Source: Eledone cirrhosa (lineage: Eukaryota). From it: DNA of 64,000 nucleotides. A program made the position numbers and the translations under genes. The notes under the pieces were generated by a model. The model was not told the DNA's origin. It did not search any database and saw only the letters and a list, made by a program, of their open reading frames with translations. The DNA lies in contig OZ024740.1 of assembly GCA_964016885.1 (NCBI GenBank), positions 103,354,001 to 103,418,000 of the forward strand, read 5' to 3'. Below are positions 1 through 12,793 of this stretch, piece by piece. The stretch's first letter is position 1; each line of letters starts with the position of its first letter.

Positions 1-142
1 GAAATTAAAAAATTTTTCAAGTGATAATTCGGATTGAGGTGAGTAAAGATATAGATTGAAGTGAGTAAATAATATTGAGAGAGATGTTTAAGTAATAAGT
101 TCTGAGAGGGTTCTAGTGTCACAGTTACTCTATCCACATATT

Positions 143-162
143 CTATATATATATATATATAA

Positions 163-231
<69 letters not shown>

Positions 232-268
232 AATATATAAATATATATATAAATATAATATAATATAT

Positions 269-323
<55 letters not shown>

Positions 324-369
324 AATATATATAAATATATATATAAATATATATATATATATAATATAT

Positions 370-400
<31 letters not shown>

Positions 401-430
401 ATATATATATATATATAAATATATATATAA

Positions 431-463
<33 letters not shown>

Positions 464-464
464 A

Positions 465-530
<66 letters not shown>

Positions 531-552
531 TATAAATATATATATAAATATA
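143..552. repeat. (TA)n / TATAAA-variant microsatellite, first of many in 1-40.8 kb
   Basis: Directly visible; produces the spurious YIYI ORFs in the track. Confidence 0.98.
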
Positions 553-707
553 TGCAAAAGTTCAATTTAAAATTGTTGGGATACAACAAGTAAATATTTT
601 ATAACTGATATAAAGCACTCGACAAGTTTTTGGAGTAGATATACGATATTAAATAAATGGAAACTATATTTATAAAACTATATTTATAAAACCATATTTA
701 TTTCATT

Positions 708-1360
708 GGCGGTACTCAGTAATAGAGAAGACCCGCCTTACCTAAATACAAAGTAAAAACCTACTACAGTCAGTAGGCATCTCTATCAAAACACCCCCCC
801 GTCCCACCACCTCCACCCCATCCACACCGCCCCTTTCAATGTACAGTTATGTTGGTCCCACAACATCCAGGCCGAAACAAATGAGATCGTGTAGGTGTCA
901 CGACAAAAAACACACAGTCCACGCTGTAAATGTGGCCGTGTAGGCAACACGGTAAAAACCTCCCAGCCCCACACTGTAAATGTGGTTGGTGTTAGGAAGG
1001 GCATCCAGCTGTAGAAAACCCGCCAGACAGTCCACGCTGTAATGTGGCCGTGTAGGCAACACAGTAAAAACCTCCCAGCCCCACACTGTAAATGTGGTTG
1101 GTGTTAGGAAGGGCATCCAGCTGTAGAAAACCCGCCAGACAGTCCACGCTGTAATGTGGCCGTGTAGGCAACACGGTAAAAACCTCCCAGCCCCACACTG
1201 TAAATGTGGTTGGTGTTAGGAAGGGCATCCAACTGTAGAAAACCTGCCAGACAGTCCTATGCGAGCAAGACAACCACTCTTGCCTCAAGTGGGAAAACCC
1301 CCGTCCAAACCCATGCAAGCGTGGAACACGGACGCTAAACCTGATGATGATGATGATGAT
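708..1360 (+). mobile_element. RTE LINE 3' fragment (family A) with triplicated 112-bp 3'UTR segment and (GAT)n tail
   Basis: Matches the ORF end (RYSVIEKTRLT*) and 3'UTR of copies at 17990-18650 and 30676-31679. Confidence 0.92.
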
Positions 1361-2069
1361 ATTTCAGGGATACCAAATTAAAATATGGTATGCCTTCATC
1401 AGACAAAATACAATATATAAACAGTTTTATAAATAATTTTGACGTACCCTATTAGATGCAACCATTATTTTTGGAAGCTGTCTGGATAGTGAGATGTTTA
1501 TAATTATTTTATTAGTTATAGTGTTAAGCAGAGTTAGAAAAAGACGGAGAGAAAGAAAAAACGGTCATTATTGAACAATGTTATTTTCTCATATTATATA
1601 TCTATGTCCCATTCATGAATATTGATATTTATATTTTATTACTCATTTCATATGAATTGTTAACTCAACTTAATATGACATGACGTAAAGTTGTCACTAT
1701 ATCCCCCTCTCTCTATATAGTATTTCCTCTCTCTTGAGTTTTTCTATTTGTATGATGAATTATTATCTCTCTGTTGCTTTCTTTTGTTTTTCTTATTTCT
1801 TCCTTTTTTCTTTCTTTTTTATTTTCTCCTATCTATTTATATCTTTCTTTTCTACATACATTTCTCTCTCTCCGGTATTTCTCCAGGTTTTCTTTTTCTC
1901 TCTCCTTCTCTCTCTCCGTTTTTTCTTTCTCTCCGTCTTTTTCTAACTGTGCTTAACACTATAACTAATAAAATAATTATAAACATCTCACTATCCAGAC
2001 AGCTTCCAAAAATAATGGTTGCATCTAATAGGGTACGTCAAAATTATTTAAAAAACTGTTTATATATTG

Positions 2070-2134
2070 CATTTTGTCTGATGTAGGCATACCATATTTT
2101 AATTTGGTATCCCTGAAATATGTATAATGAAATA
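2070..2134 (+). ncRNA. Minimal type I hammerhead ribozyme, PLE family A (core mutated to CTGATGT)
   Basis: attttgt-CTGATGT-aggcatacca...tggtatccct-GAAA-tatgta-TA-atgaaat. Confidence 0.75.
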
Positions 2135-2181
2135 AATATGGTTTTATAAATATAGTTTCCATTTATTTAATATCGTGTGTA

Positions 2182-2257
<76 letters not shown>

Positions 2258-2592
2258 GGAGGCACATGGCTTAGTGGTTAGAGCATTGGCCTTGCAATCG
2301 AAAGGTTGTGAGTTCAATTCTCAGACCGGGTGATGTGTTGTTTCCTTGAGCAAGACACTTTATTTCACAGTTTACTCAGCTGTAGAAATGAGATGATAGG
2401 ACTGGGGTCCCTATCATTCCACTGCAAAGTGGTCGTGGAGGTGCCACAGCAAAAAAGCACCCAGCACTCACTGTAAATGAGGTTGGTGTTAGGAAGGGCA
2501 TCCAGCTGTAGAAATCAAGCCAGAATCAGTTCCCGTCCCACCCTTGCAAGCAGGGAAAAGTGGACGTAAAATGAAATGAAATGAAAATGAAA
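2258..2592 (+). mobile_element. tRNA-derived SINE with RTE-related 3' part and (GAAAT)n tail
   Basis: A box TGGCTTAGTGG, B box GAGTTCAATTC, central ccttgagcaagacactt, 3' gttaggaagggcatccagc shared with RTE UTRs. Confidence 0.9.
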
Positions 2593-2651
2593 TATATATA
2601 TAAATATATATATTTATATATAAATATATATATTTATATATAAATATATAT

Positions 2652-2700
<49 letters not shown>

Positions 2701-2730
2701 AATATATATATATTTATATATAAATATATT

Positions 2731-2780
<50 letters not shown>

Positions 2781-2783
<3 letters not shown>

Positions 2784-3487
2784 CACGATAAATTAACGGA
2801 GGCATAGGCCGTCGTTATTCCCTGTAAATAATGTGCTCAAAGGGGAAGAGATCCTGAGCCCTTTAAAATATAATATGTTGAGAGGTTACACACCAGAGAG
2901 AGATATATAGTGCGTTATCAATAATACAGGGAAAAAAACCACCAGTGTATGGAATCTATAACCTATGAAAGGCAGACTATAGACACGATAATTAAAAATA
3001 TAAATTAAAGCGTAAATAAATACCTTTATAACTATATAACACACGTACAAATCCAAAGATATGTTTCACCAGAAAATTTGTTGAAAGAAATGGTCTAGTC
3101 TCGGTTCATCAGCGTGTGTAAGGCCATACATTTCAGACAACACTAAGAGAATTTTACAATTGACTGTCCAGCTACACGTGGGAGAGAGAAGTCACAGCGT
3201 GTTTAAGGGCAGTGAACCAGTGGCCTCTGAGAGACGAACTGCTATAAAGGGCAGCCCAAAGCCACTCAGAGAAGTGTGCTCAACCAAGCAGAGATAGGAA
3301 AGACTGTTGTTAGGAGCGAAATATCACGATAAATTAACGGAGGCATAGGCCGTCGTTATTCCCTGTAAATAATGTGCTCAAAGGGGAAGAGATCCTGAGC
3401 CCTTTAAAATATAATATGTTGAGAGGTTACACACCAGAGAGAGATATATAGTGCGTTATCAATAATACAGGGGAAAAAACCACCAGT
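2781..3487 (-). mobile_element. Non-coding retrozyme/PLE-LTR-like unit, 541-bp period with ~166-bp terminal redundancy, within (TA)n
   Basis: 2781-2946 repeated at 3322-3487; internal HHR at 3039-3119. Confidence 0.75.
3039..3119 (-). ncRNA. Type I hammerhead ribozyme with canonical core and full stem III
   Basis: Minus strand: acacacg-CTGATGA-acc...ggt-GAAA-catatctttggatttg-TA-cgtgtgt; 7-bp perfect stem I, GUA cleavage triplet. Confidence 0.85.
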
Positions 3488-3574
3488 ATAAATATATATA
3501 TATATATTTATATATAAATATATATATATATAAATATATATATATAAATATATATATATAAATATATATATATA

Positions 3575-3610
<36 letters not shown>

Positions 3611-3637
3611 AATATATATATTTATATATAAATATAT

Positions 3638-3692
<55 letters not shown>

Positions 3693-3733
3693 CGATATTA
3701 AACAAATGGAAACTATATTTATAAAACCATATT

Positions 3734-3799
3734 TATTTCGTTATATATATTTCTGGGATATCATATTAAAAATATGTTATGCCTTCCTCAGACAAAATA
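3734..3799 (-). ncRNA. Minimal HHR, PLE family A (CTGAGGA core), in fragment 3692-3955
   Basis: Minus: tattttgt-CTGAGGA-stem II-GAAA-tatata-TA-acgaaata. Confidence 0.78.
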
Positions 3800-3950
3800 C
3801 AATACATAAATAATTAGTGACATACCTTTTGAGAATGCAACTTCCTTTTAAAAAGTTGATTTGTAAACCTACTCCAGAAACTGTCGAGTGCTTTTATATC
3901 AGTTATAAAATATTTACTCGTTGTAACCCAACAATCTTAAATAAAACTTT

Positions 3951-3990
<40 letters not shown>

Positions 3991-4061
3991 TATATATATA
4001 AATATATATATAAATATATATATATATATAAATATATATATAAATATATATATATATAAAT

Positions 4062-4098
<37 letters not shown>

Positions 4099-4206
4099 AA
4101 TATACAATTGAATATAAGAGAGGGATGAACACCGATACAAGTATGTGTTCGAATTGCAAAAGACTATTTTGAGTTTCTAACTCAATCTATGATATATATA
4201 AAAAAG

Positions 4207-4267
<61 letters not shown>

Positions 4268-4270
<3 letters not shown>

Positions 4271-4642
4271 TCATCACCGTTTTACGTCCGTTCTTCCACG
4301 CTAGCATGGGTTAGACGGGTTGTCCTGTTGTGGGCAGTGTCTGGTCGGCTGACCATGCCTTGCTCATACAGGAACTGATCTGGCTTGATTTCTACAGCTG
4401 GATGCCCTTCCTAACACCAACCTCATTTACAGTGAGTGCTGGGTGCTTTTTCGTGGCGCCTACACGTCCACTTTACAGTGTGGGCTGGGTGCTTTTTTGC
4501 CGTGGCACCTCCACGACCACCTTGCGGTGGGGGGGGGGGGGGCATATTGTTTATATGCTTCAGCATGTACCCATGGGAGGTCGGGTACCCTGTATTACTG
4601 CGTGACGCCAGAAGTCACGGTCGTGTGTCATTGACTTTGAGA
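4268..4642 (-). mobile_element. RTE LINE 3' fragment (family B)
   Basis: Nearly identical to 10205-10585; (CAT)n tail abuts (TA)n. Confidence 0.92.
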
Positions 4643-4656
4643 TATATATATATGTG

Positions 4657-5301
4657 TGTATCATTTCGTCCAGAATCCAATCTTTGCTTTTCCAATGCTA
4701 GTCGATAATTCTGTCTGATTGTTCAAAACAATCTTCTTGTATTTTTAAATTCCCATAATTCTTCTCTTATTACTGTTATATATGCTTGTTCAATTACACA
4801 CAAAATTCGAGGATTTTATTTAAACCTTCTCGCTAACTACCCCATTCTCGTTCGTTTAATTATGGCCGAAATTCTAGGATTTTATAAAATAACCTTCTCT
4901 GCTCCCTCTTATTCTTCACCCCCCCCCCACCCACGCTATATCCTGCTGGTTCTCTCTCAATCACTTCCTCTCTCTCCAAATATAAAATAAACCTGTTGCG
5001 AGTACGAAACTCAGAATTCGTCAACCCCTTATTCCTGGCTAGGCTGCTCGCTCGCTCAGCGAAATGTAACGTACAAATGCTATCTTCTTTACTCTTCTCT
5101 CCATTTTTTCCCCGGTCCATTCATCTATCTGTATCATTTCGTCCAGAATCCAATCTTTGCTTTTTCAAGGCTATTTGATAATTCTGTCTGATTGTTCAAA
5201 ACAATCTTCTTGTATTTTTAAATTCCCATAATTCTTCTCTTATTACTGTTATATATGCTTGTTCGAGGATTTTATTTAAACCGTCTCGCTAACTACCCCA
5301 T
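4657..5301. repeat. Partial tandem direct repeat, ~473-bp period, ~170-190-bp redundancy, unknown family
   Basis: 4657-4845 repeated at 5130-5301 with a few substitutions and one indel. Confidence 0.85.
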
Positions 5302-5768
5302 ATCCCTCCCACCCGACCCCACTCACCACCATTATTACGTGGACCAATCATAAGTCAGCGGCCTATGCTATCACTTCTTAAGTTTAGACCTGGTTGCCTT
5401 TTGGTATGATGGATGGACTACGGAATTCTGGAGAGTTTGAAAGGAAAGTAAAAAATCAGGACATTCAGTGACAATGCCAAAGATAAAGACAAATTCACAA
5501 ACAAATTCACCTCATGCTGCCGGTCGAGAATGCAAGGACTCCTCCTCTTTTTTTCAGCCACAGATGGCTAACATAACCCCATCTCCCCCACACCTGCCTA
5601 TGGGTAAATTACCCATAGGCAGGTCTCACACAATGGAGCCTCGACAGATGAATACTGGTTGATTATGGCTGACAACTGATACAACCAGGACAACATAGTG
5701 ATAAACCAATATATGGAACACTACATTATGTAACATTCTCTCCTTATTTTAATTTATATTCCTTTGAA

Positions 5769-5887
5769 GTTCTGATGAACCGCTCTGTTTTTAAATATGT
5801 TAATTATTTTCAACTGAACCAGATCAATAATGATATATAGTCATCTGATCCAGAAATATTATATGGAGTAGCGAAACAATTGTAAAC
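5769..5887 (+). ncRNA. Probable degenerate HHR with long stem II, downstream of a decayed PLE endonuclease end
   Basis: gtt-CTGATGA-~94 nt-GAAA-caattg-TA-aac; palindromic stem III ACAATTGT; stem I short. Confidence 0.55.
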
Positions 5888-6232
5888 GGGCATTATTATT
5901 ATTAATATTATTATTCTCTACATTCCTTACATCAAACTAAAATATGCTGACAATCTTTTAATAATGTCTTCCTTATGAAATTTGTGGCCTTGTTTTGCTT
6001 AACTAATGAATATTTCCAGCTCTGCGCGCCTAACTTATGCATGAACCCAGCCACCTAGCTGCTTTCTACTGCATATTGCACATTGAGCACATGCCTTTAC
6101 GCTTTGGCTTCTAACTAATTCACCAATCTCTCCTCTCCTATCTCCATCTCTCTCTTTAAGATTGGTTACTCTTGAACTGTGTATATATATAAATATATAT
6201 AAATATATATATATATTTATTTATATATATAT

Positions 6233-6268
<36 letters not shown>

Positions 6269-6315
6269 TTATTTATATATATATTTATTTATATATATAT
6301 ATATATTTATTTATA

Positions 6316-7411
6316 TCATCATCATCATCATCAACGTTTAACGTCCGTGTTCCACGCTTGCATGGGTTTGGACAGGGGTAGTCCCACTTGAGGCAAGAGT
6401 GATTGTCTTGCTCGCATAGGACTGTCTGGCAGGTTTTCTACAGTTGGATGCCCTTCCTAACACCAACCACATTTACAGTGTGGGTCTGGGAGGTTTTTAC
6501 CGTGTTGCCTACACGGCCACATTACAGCGTGGACTGTGTGTTTTTTTGTCGTGACACCTACACGATCTCATTTGTTTCGGCCTGGATGGCGCGGCACCAA
6601 CATAACTTTACATAGAATGGGGTGGTGTGGATGGGGTGGGGGGACGGGGTGTATTTTGTTAGAGATGCCTACTGGCTGGAGTAGGTTTTACTATGTATTT
6701 AGGTAAGGCGGGTCTTCTCTGTTACTGAGTACCGCCAAAGGTCTCGGTCCAGTGACATTGTCTTGGAGAGGTGTAAGTGTGTGAGGTCGGAGTTTATCAG
6801 CTCGTCCCAGGTTTTTCTAGGTCTGCCTATTCCGTGGCTACCGTCTATCTTTATTGCCCTGCACTTTGTTATACAGCTATCGACTTTCATGCGCATCACG
6901 TGTCCATACCAACGTAGCCTTCTCTCGAGTAAACAACATCTGATCCCTCTTATTTCTAATTTTTTCCTTAGTTCGTTTATGCTTTGCCGTTCACGTATAT
7001 TACTGTTACACATCCAGCGGAGCATGCAAGCTTCGTTCCTCTCTAGTCTGCGTATATCCTCTGCACACAATGCCCAGGTCTCACTGCCGTGCAACATTGC
7101 TGTTCGTATGCAGGCATCGTACAACCTGCCTTTCATTTTTAGGGAGAACCCTTTAGCAGCTAATAGTGGTATAAGCTCTCTGAACTTTTTCCAACCAGTT
7201 CTGACTCTAGCTACTGTACTTTCAGAGCACCCTCCCCCACTGCTGATTTTATCGCCCAGGTAACGGAAGCTGTCCACTATTTCTATAGAACCCTCTGTGC
7301 AATTGAAAGAGCTAGTATTTTGTGGGCACTTGCTGCTACTTATTGCACCAGAGCACCGGCCACATGTAAAATTTATGTTCTTAGTTAGCTTACCTGTGAT
7401 CCCACTACATC
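6316..7411 (-). mobile_element. 5'-truncated RTE LINE (family A)
   Basis: ORF 6699-7277 FRYLG...MLHGSETWAL...RLRWYGHVMR...GRPRKTW; (CAT)n tail. Confidence 0.95.
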
Positions 7412-7547
7412 ATTATATATATATATATATATTTATTTATATATATATATTTATTTATATATATATATATATATTTATTTATATATATATATATGTTTAT
7501 TTATATATATATATATTTATTTATATATATATATATATATGTTTATT

Positions 7548-7580
<33 letters not shown>

Positions 7581-7605
7581 ATTTATATATATATATATGT
7601 TTATT

Positions 7606-7642
<37 letters not shown>

Positions 7643-7689
7643 ATATGTTTATTTATATATATATATATATATATATTTTCTCAAAGGCT

Positions 7690-7731
<42 letters not shown>

Positions 7732-7788
7732 TATATATGTATATATACGATATTAAACAAATGGAAACTATATTTATAAAACCATATT

Positions 7789-7854
7789 TATTTCATTATA
7801 CATATTTCAGGGATACCATATTAAAAACATGGCATGCCTTCTTCAGATAAAATA
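7789..7854 (-). ncRNA. Minimal HHR, PLE family A
   Basis: Minus: tattttat-CTGAAGA-aggcatgcca...tggtatccct-GAAA-tatgta-TA-atgaaata. Confidence 0.85.
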
Positions 7855-9960
7855 CAATATATAAGCAGTTTTATAAATAAATTTGACGTACCATAGAATT
7901 TTGAACAACTTCCATTTAAAAAAGTTGGTTTGGTAGTGAGATGTTTGTAAATATTTAGTGTTAAGTACAGTTAGAAAAGAAAGACGGGGAGAAGGAGTAA
8001 ATGTATGTAAAGAAAAACAGAGAGAGATAGAGAGAGATATGGGAGAGAGAAAAATAGTGAGGAGGTGAAAAATGAGAGGCAGCTGAAGCAACAGATGAAT
8101 AATAATAATTCAACATGCAAAATGAGAGACTTGGGGGGGAGGGAGTACTGTAATTATTTATTTATTTATTTATTTAGTTATAGTGTTAAGGAGACGGAGA
8201 AAAATAAAAATAAAAAATAACTAAAGAGAAAACAGTGATACATAGATTACATCATGTATAGAGGGAGGAGAAGAAAGCTATATCTAGATAGAAAGATGAC
8301 AGATTTACAACTTTACGTTATGTTCTATCAATTTGAATTATCAATTTATATGAATTGGGTATTATACTGTAGATATCAATATTCATGAATGAGACATAGA
8401 TATATAATGTGTGAAAAATAATGACCATATGTTTAGTTTAAAAATTCTTAGGTCGATATATTAAAAACCTGAGATAAAACTTCAAAATACATAAGTATAT
8501 ATGTACTTTCTGGAAAAAGAAAGAAAGAGAAAAAGAGAAGGTCATCTCAAGTTCTAGTTGACACTATAGATATACACGTGAGCATACGTGATCAGCTCTG
8601 TAATTTCTCATTTCACATGAAAAAATTTTTTCCTTGCGTTATAAAAGATTTTACTATATATATATACATACATACACATACATAAAAATATAATATATAT
8701 TAATATTAATATTCCTGCCCTACCACACATGATTATCGTTCATGTATAGAATAGACAACAGATATCAATATATCAAAACGCTAAGAATACTTTCATCACT
8801 CCCTAGAGTGTCTAGGGCTTTAAAAAACACAGTATGCCCCCCATATCAACCACATAAATCAACCCTTCCAATTTATCTGACAATACATTGCCAAGTTCAT
8901 TAGAAGCAATCAGAATCAAAAGCAAACAAAAAACCAAAATTATTCAACAAGACTTATTTAGCAGAAATCATTTAAAAGATTTAGGAGACCCTGTTGTTCT
9001 ACAGATGCTCTTATATTTAGTATAGAAGTTTATCTAGCGTAAAATTTATTCAATAGATTGGGAGCATCAACATTTAAGGGTAGTTTAATTACATCATTAG
9101 TATATATTTATGAAGAAGGTTTAAAAAAGAAAAAGTTGAAGGAATCGAAAGATTTATCGTCATGTTTCATAATTAATTAAATAAATATCTTAACTAAATA
9201 TACTACATTTTAAATTTATATTTATATTTAAACGTTGAGTTCAATCTATGTCTGCAGCAACTGAATAAATTGCTTCTTAGATTAAGGGAATTTTTAGATT
9301 TTAATATAAAGAATATCTCCTCCACGCAGAGGTCACATGTCTCAGATGAGGAATTAAAAGGAATCCCTCTTGAGACTATATTCCAAAACAATGAATATCC
9401 AACGTTATCATGTTTAAGTTGCCAGAGTAAGCCTGATAGTGAAGTTGAAGATTTTTTGCCTGGATCTGTGAAAGAATTCTTATGATTATTATAGCGAAGT
9501 TTAAATTCTGTCGAGGTGGAACCAACATAGTTAAAAGAATTTAAGTCAGTTTTAACATTACAATTGTATATTATATTTTTAACTAAGCAATTGTTATTTA
9601 ACGGACATTTAGATTTATTTCTACAGTTACAGTTGTTTAGTTGAATATTGTTTAGGCTATTATCGGTATTTTGGCTAGGTTTTAGATTCCTATTATTTAT
9701 TCTGTTAATATTTTGTGCTAAGTTTTTGGTGGACGAGTAAGTTAATTTTATAGTATGTCTATTAAAAATTGAGTGATATTTATGTGTTCTAGGGAAGCGT
9801 TTGTCAAGAGCATTAAAAAATAGTTTACCGTCTTTCTTTTCTAACTGTACTTAACACTAAATATTTACAAACATCTCACTACCAAACCAACTTTTTTAAA
9901 TGGAAGTTGTTCAAAATTCTATGGTACGTCAAATTTATTTATAAAACTGCTTATATATTG

Positions 9961-10026
9961 TATTTTATCTGAAGAAGGCATGCCATATTTTTAATATGGT
10001 ATCCCTGAAATATGTATAATGAAATA
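9961..10026 (+). ncRNA. Minimal HHR, PLE family A (inverted copy)
   Basis: tattttat-CTGAAGA-aggcatgccatat...atatggtatccct-GAAA-tatgta-TA-atgaaata. Confidence 0.85.
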
Positions 10027-10194
10027 AATATGGTTTTATAAATATAGTTTCCATTTGTTTAATATCGTATATCTACTCCAAAACTTGTTGAGTGCTTTAT
10101 ATCAGTTATAAAATATTTACTCGTTGTAACCCAACAGTTTTAAATAAAACTTTTGCATATATGTATATATATATATATATATAAATATATATAT

Positions 10195-11850
10195 ATCATC
10201 ATCATCATCATCATCACCGTTTTACGTCCGTTCTTCCACGCTAGCATGGGTTAGACGGGTTGTCCTGTTGTGGGCAGTGTCTGGTCGGCTGACCATGCCT
10301 TGCTCATACAGGAACTGATCTGGCTTGATTTCTACAGCTGGATGCCCTTCCTAACACCAACCTCATTTACAGTGAGTGCTGGGTGCTTTTTCGTGGCGCC
10401 TACACGTCCACTTTACAGTGTGGGCTGGGTGCTTTTTTGCCGTGGCACCTCCACGACCACCTTGCGGTGGGGGGGGGGGGGGGGGCATATTGTTTATATG
10501 CTTCAGCATGTACCCATGGGAGGTCGGGTACCCTGTATTACTGCGTGACGCCAGAAGTCACGGTCGTGTGTCATTGACTTTGAGAGGTGTAGTTGGGTAA
10601 GGTCGGCTTTTATCACCTCATCCCAAGTCATCTTGGGTCTCCCCACTCCGCGGTTTCCATCAACTTCTAGTGCTCTGCACCTTTTTATGCAGCTGTCATC
10701 CTTCATACGCATCACATGTCCATACCAGCGTAACCGCCTCTCCTGCACGCAGCATTTGATTCCTCTTATGCTCAGTCTCTCTCTCAATTCATTTATGCTT
10801 TGTCGTTCACATATATTACTGTTACACATCCATCGGAGCATGCAGGCTTCGTTTCTCTCTAATCTACGTAAGTCTTCCACCTTCAGCGCCCAGGTCTCAC
10901 TACCATGCAACATCGCTGTTCGGATACACGCATCATACAGTCTGCCTTTCATTCTGAGGGAGAAGCCTTTTGCAGCTAGCAGTGGTAGTAGTTCCCTAAA
11001 CTTCTTCCATCCCGTTCTTACCCTAGTTATTGTACTTTCTGAGCACCCACCTCCGTTGCTAATTCGGTCACCTAGGTAGCAGAAGCTGTCTACTGTTTCT
11101 ACAGGGCCCTCCCAGAGATTGGTGGTACTTGTTTCCTGTGGCTGTTTGCTTGCTGTTTCAGCACAGCTGCTGCATGTGAATCCTACATTCTTAATTAAGC
11201 TTCCTGAGATCCCGCTACATCTCTTGTGTACCCATTGTTTGCATTTGGGGCAAAGAATGGAGTTCCTACCTACACCTTTCCTACATACTGAGCAAGGCCA
11301 TTTCCCTGAGGGGATCTGGGTTCTGTTTTCTCGTCTACTTATAAGGACCTTAGTCTTTGTCATGTTGACTTTGAGGCCCTTTCTCTCTAGTCCCTGCTTC
11401 CAGGTTTGGAATTTATTCTCTAGTTCTACCATAGATTCAGCTATGAGTGCGAGGTCATCAGCATACAGGAGTTCCCATGGGCATCCGGTCTTAAACTCCT
11501 CCGTTATTGCCTGCAGGACTATGATGAACAGGAGAGGGCTAAGAACAGAGCCCTGGTGGACCCCAACCTGTACGCTAAATTCCTCGCTATACTCATTGCC
11601 AATCCTAACTTTGCTGACTGCTCCCCTATACATGGCTTGTACCGCTTTCACAAGCCATTCATCTACTCCTAGTTTTCTAAGAGCCCACCAGATTACTGCA
11701 CGTGGAACTCTGTCAAAGGCTTTCTCAAGGTCGACAAATGCCAAGTAGAGTGGCTTACTTTTAGCTAGGTACTTTTCCTGTAATTGCCTCACAAGGAAGA
11801 GCGCATCAGTGGTGCCTTTCCCTGGTACAAACCCAAATTGCATCTCGTCT
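10195..11850 (-). mobile_element. 5'-truncated RTE LINE (family B) with open RT ORF 10503-11843
   Basis: QFGF, FVDLEKAFD, GVHQGSVLSPLLF, YADD, PHD-like CSVC..CPKC..HKRC..CSSC insert, RLRWYGHV. Confidence 0.96.
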
Positions 11851-11867
11851 ATAGGTTATTACATTAT

Positions 11868-11916
<49 letters not shown>

Positions 11917-11923
11917 AATATAT

Positions 11924-11957
<34 letters not shown>

Positions 11958-11963
11958 ATATAA

Positions 11964-12005
<42 letters not shown>

Positions 12006-12044
12006 GATATTAATAAATGGAAACTATATTTATAAAACCATATT

Positions 12045-12109
12045 TATTTCATTATATATATTTCAAGGATACCAAGTTACATTATGGTATGCCTTCATCA
12101 GACAAAATA
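12045..12109 (-). ncRNA. Minimal HHR, PLE family A, in fragment 12003-12190
   Basis: Minus: tattttgt-CTGATGA-aggcatacca...tggtatcctt-GAAA-tatata-TA-atgaaata. Confidence 0.87.
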
Positions 12110-12225
12110 CAATATATAACAGTTTTATAAATAGACATTGACGTACCCCTTTAAAAATTGACCATAATGCTGCTTTTTTCCCTGCTTGCAAGGGTATAAA
12201 GAAATATATATATATATATATAAAT

Positions 12226-12405
12226 ATAAATGTAATCTGAGTTTTACAAATATTAATAATAACATCCGATTCGTTTGCAATTTTGCAAACAAACCTCAAT
12301 TTTATAGCCATGTCAGTAGAATGAACACTTCATTCTTGTTATTTGCAAAATTGCAAACAAATCGAATGTGATTATTAATATTCAAAAAACTCAGATTACA
12401 TTTAT
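12226..12405. repeat. Fold-back inverted repeat, ~65-bp imperfect arms
   Basis: ataaatgtaatctgagtttt...ttttgcaaa versus tttgcaaaa...aaaactcagattacatttat. Confidence 0.85.
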
Positions 12406-12735
12406 TGTATTCAGCCAGGTAGAGTGAAATTTTCTCATTTATATAAATATATATATATATAAATGTAAGTATGTATACGAAGGCATACCATATATGTGTA
12501 CCTGTATGTATATATATATATATATGCATGCTACTGTACGTCTGTATACATATATGTATGTACGTATACATACATACTTACATTTAAGTAAGTGCCGTAC
12601 TAAGAGTGAGAAATGAAATTTCGTTTCATTCTATTACAACTTATATATATATAAATATATATATATATATAAATATATATAAATATATATATATAAATAT
12701 ATATAAATATATATATATATATATAAATATATATA

Positions 12736-12792
<57 letters not shown>

Positions 12793-12793
<1 letters not shown>

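Larger units (their letters stand above)
551..2175 (+). mobile_element. Non-coding Penelope-like element (family A) 3' end with inverted 5' duplication, left arm interrupted by an RTE
   Basis: 1361-1564 is the reverse complement of part of 1916-2120; the same terminal sequence flanks the PLE ORFs at 7745-10160 and 19143-23295. Confidence 0.8.
7745..10160 (-). mobile_element. 5'-truncated Naiad-like PLE (family A): GIY-YIG C-terminus, ~1.45-kb 3' region, inverted terminal copy at 9828-10160
   Basis: 9203-9826 encodes CNCR..CPL..NCL, YVG and CDLCVEE...CCRHR; 7745-7987 is the reverse complement of 9828-10070. Confidence 0.9.

Noticed and set aside
914-1257. Regularly spaced repeats resembling a CRISPR array
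   Set aside because: Whole units repeat with no unique spacers; eukaryotic LINE UTR.
2258-2330. tRNA gene (also 18777-18850)
   Set aside because: A and B boxes present but no proper acceptor stem, and it continues into SINE body and tail.
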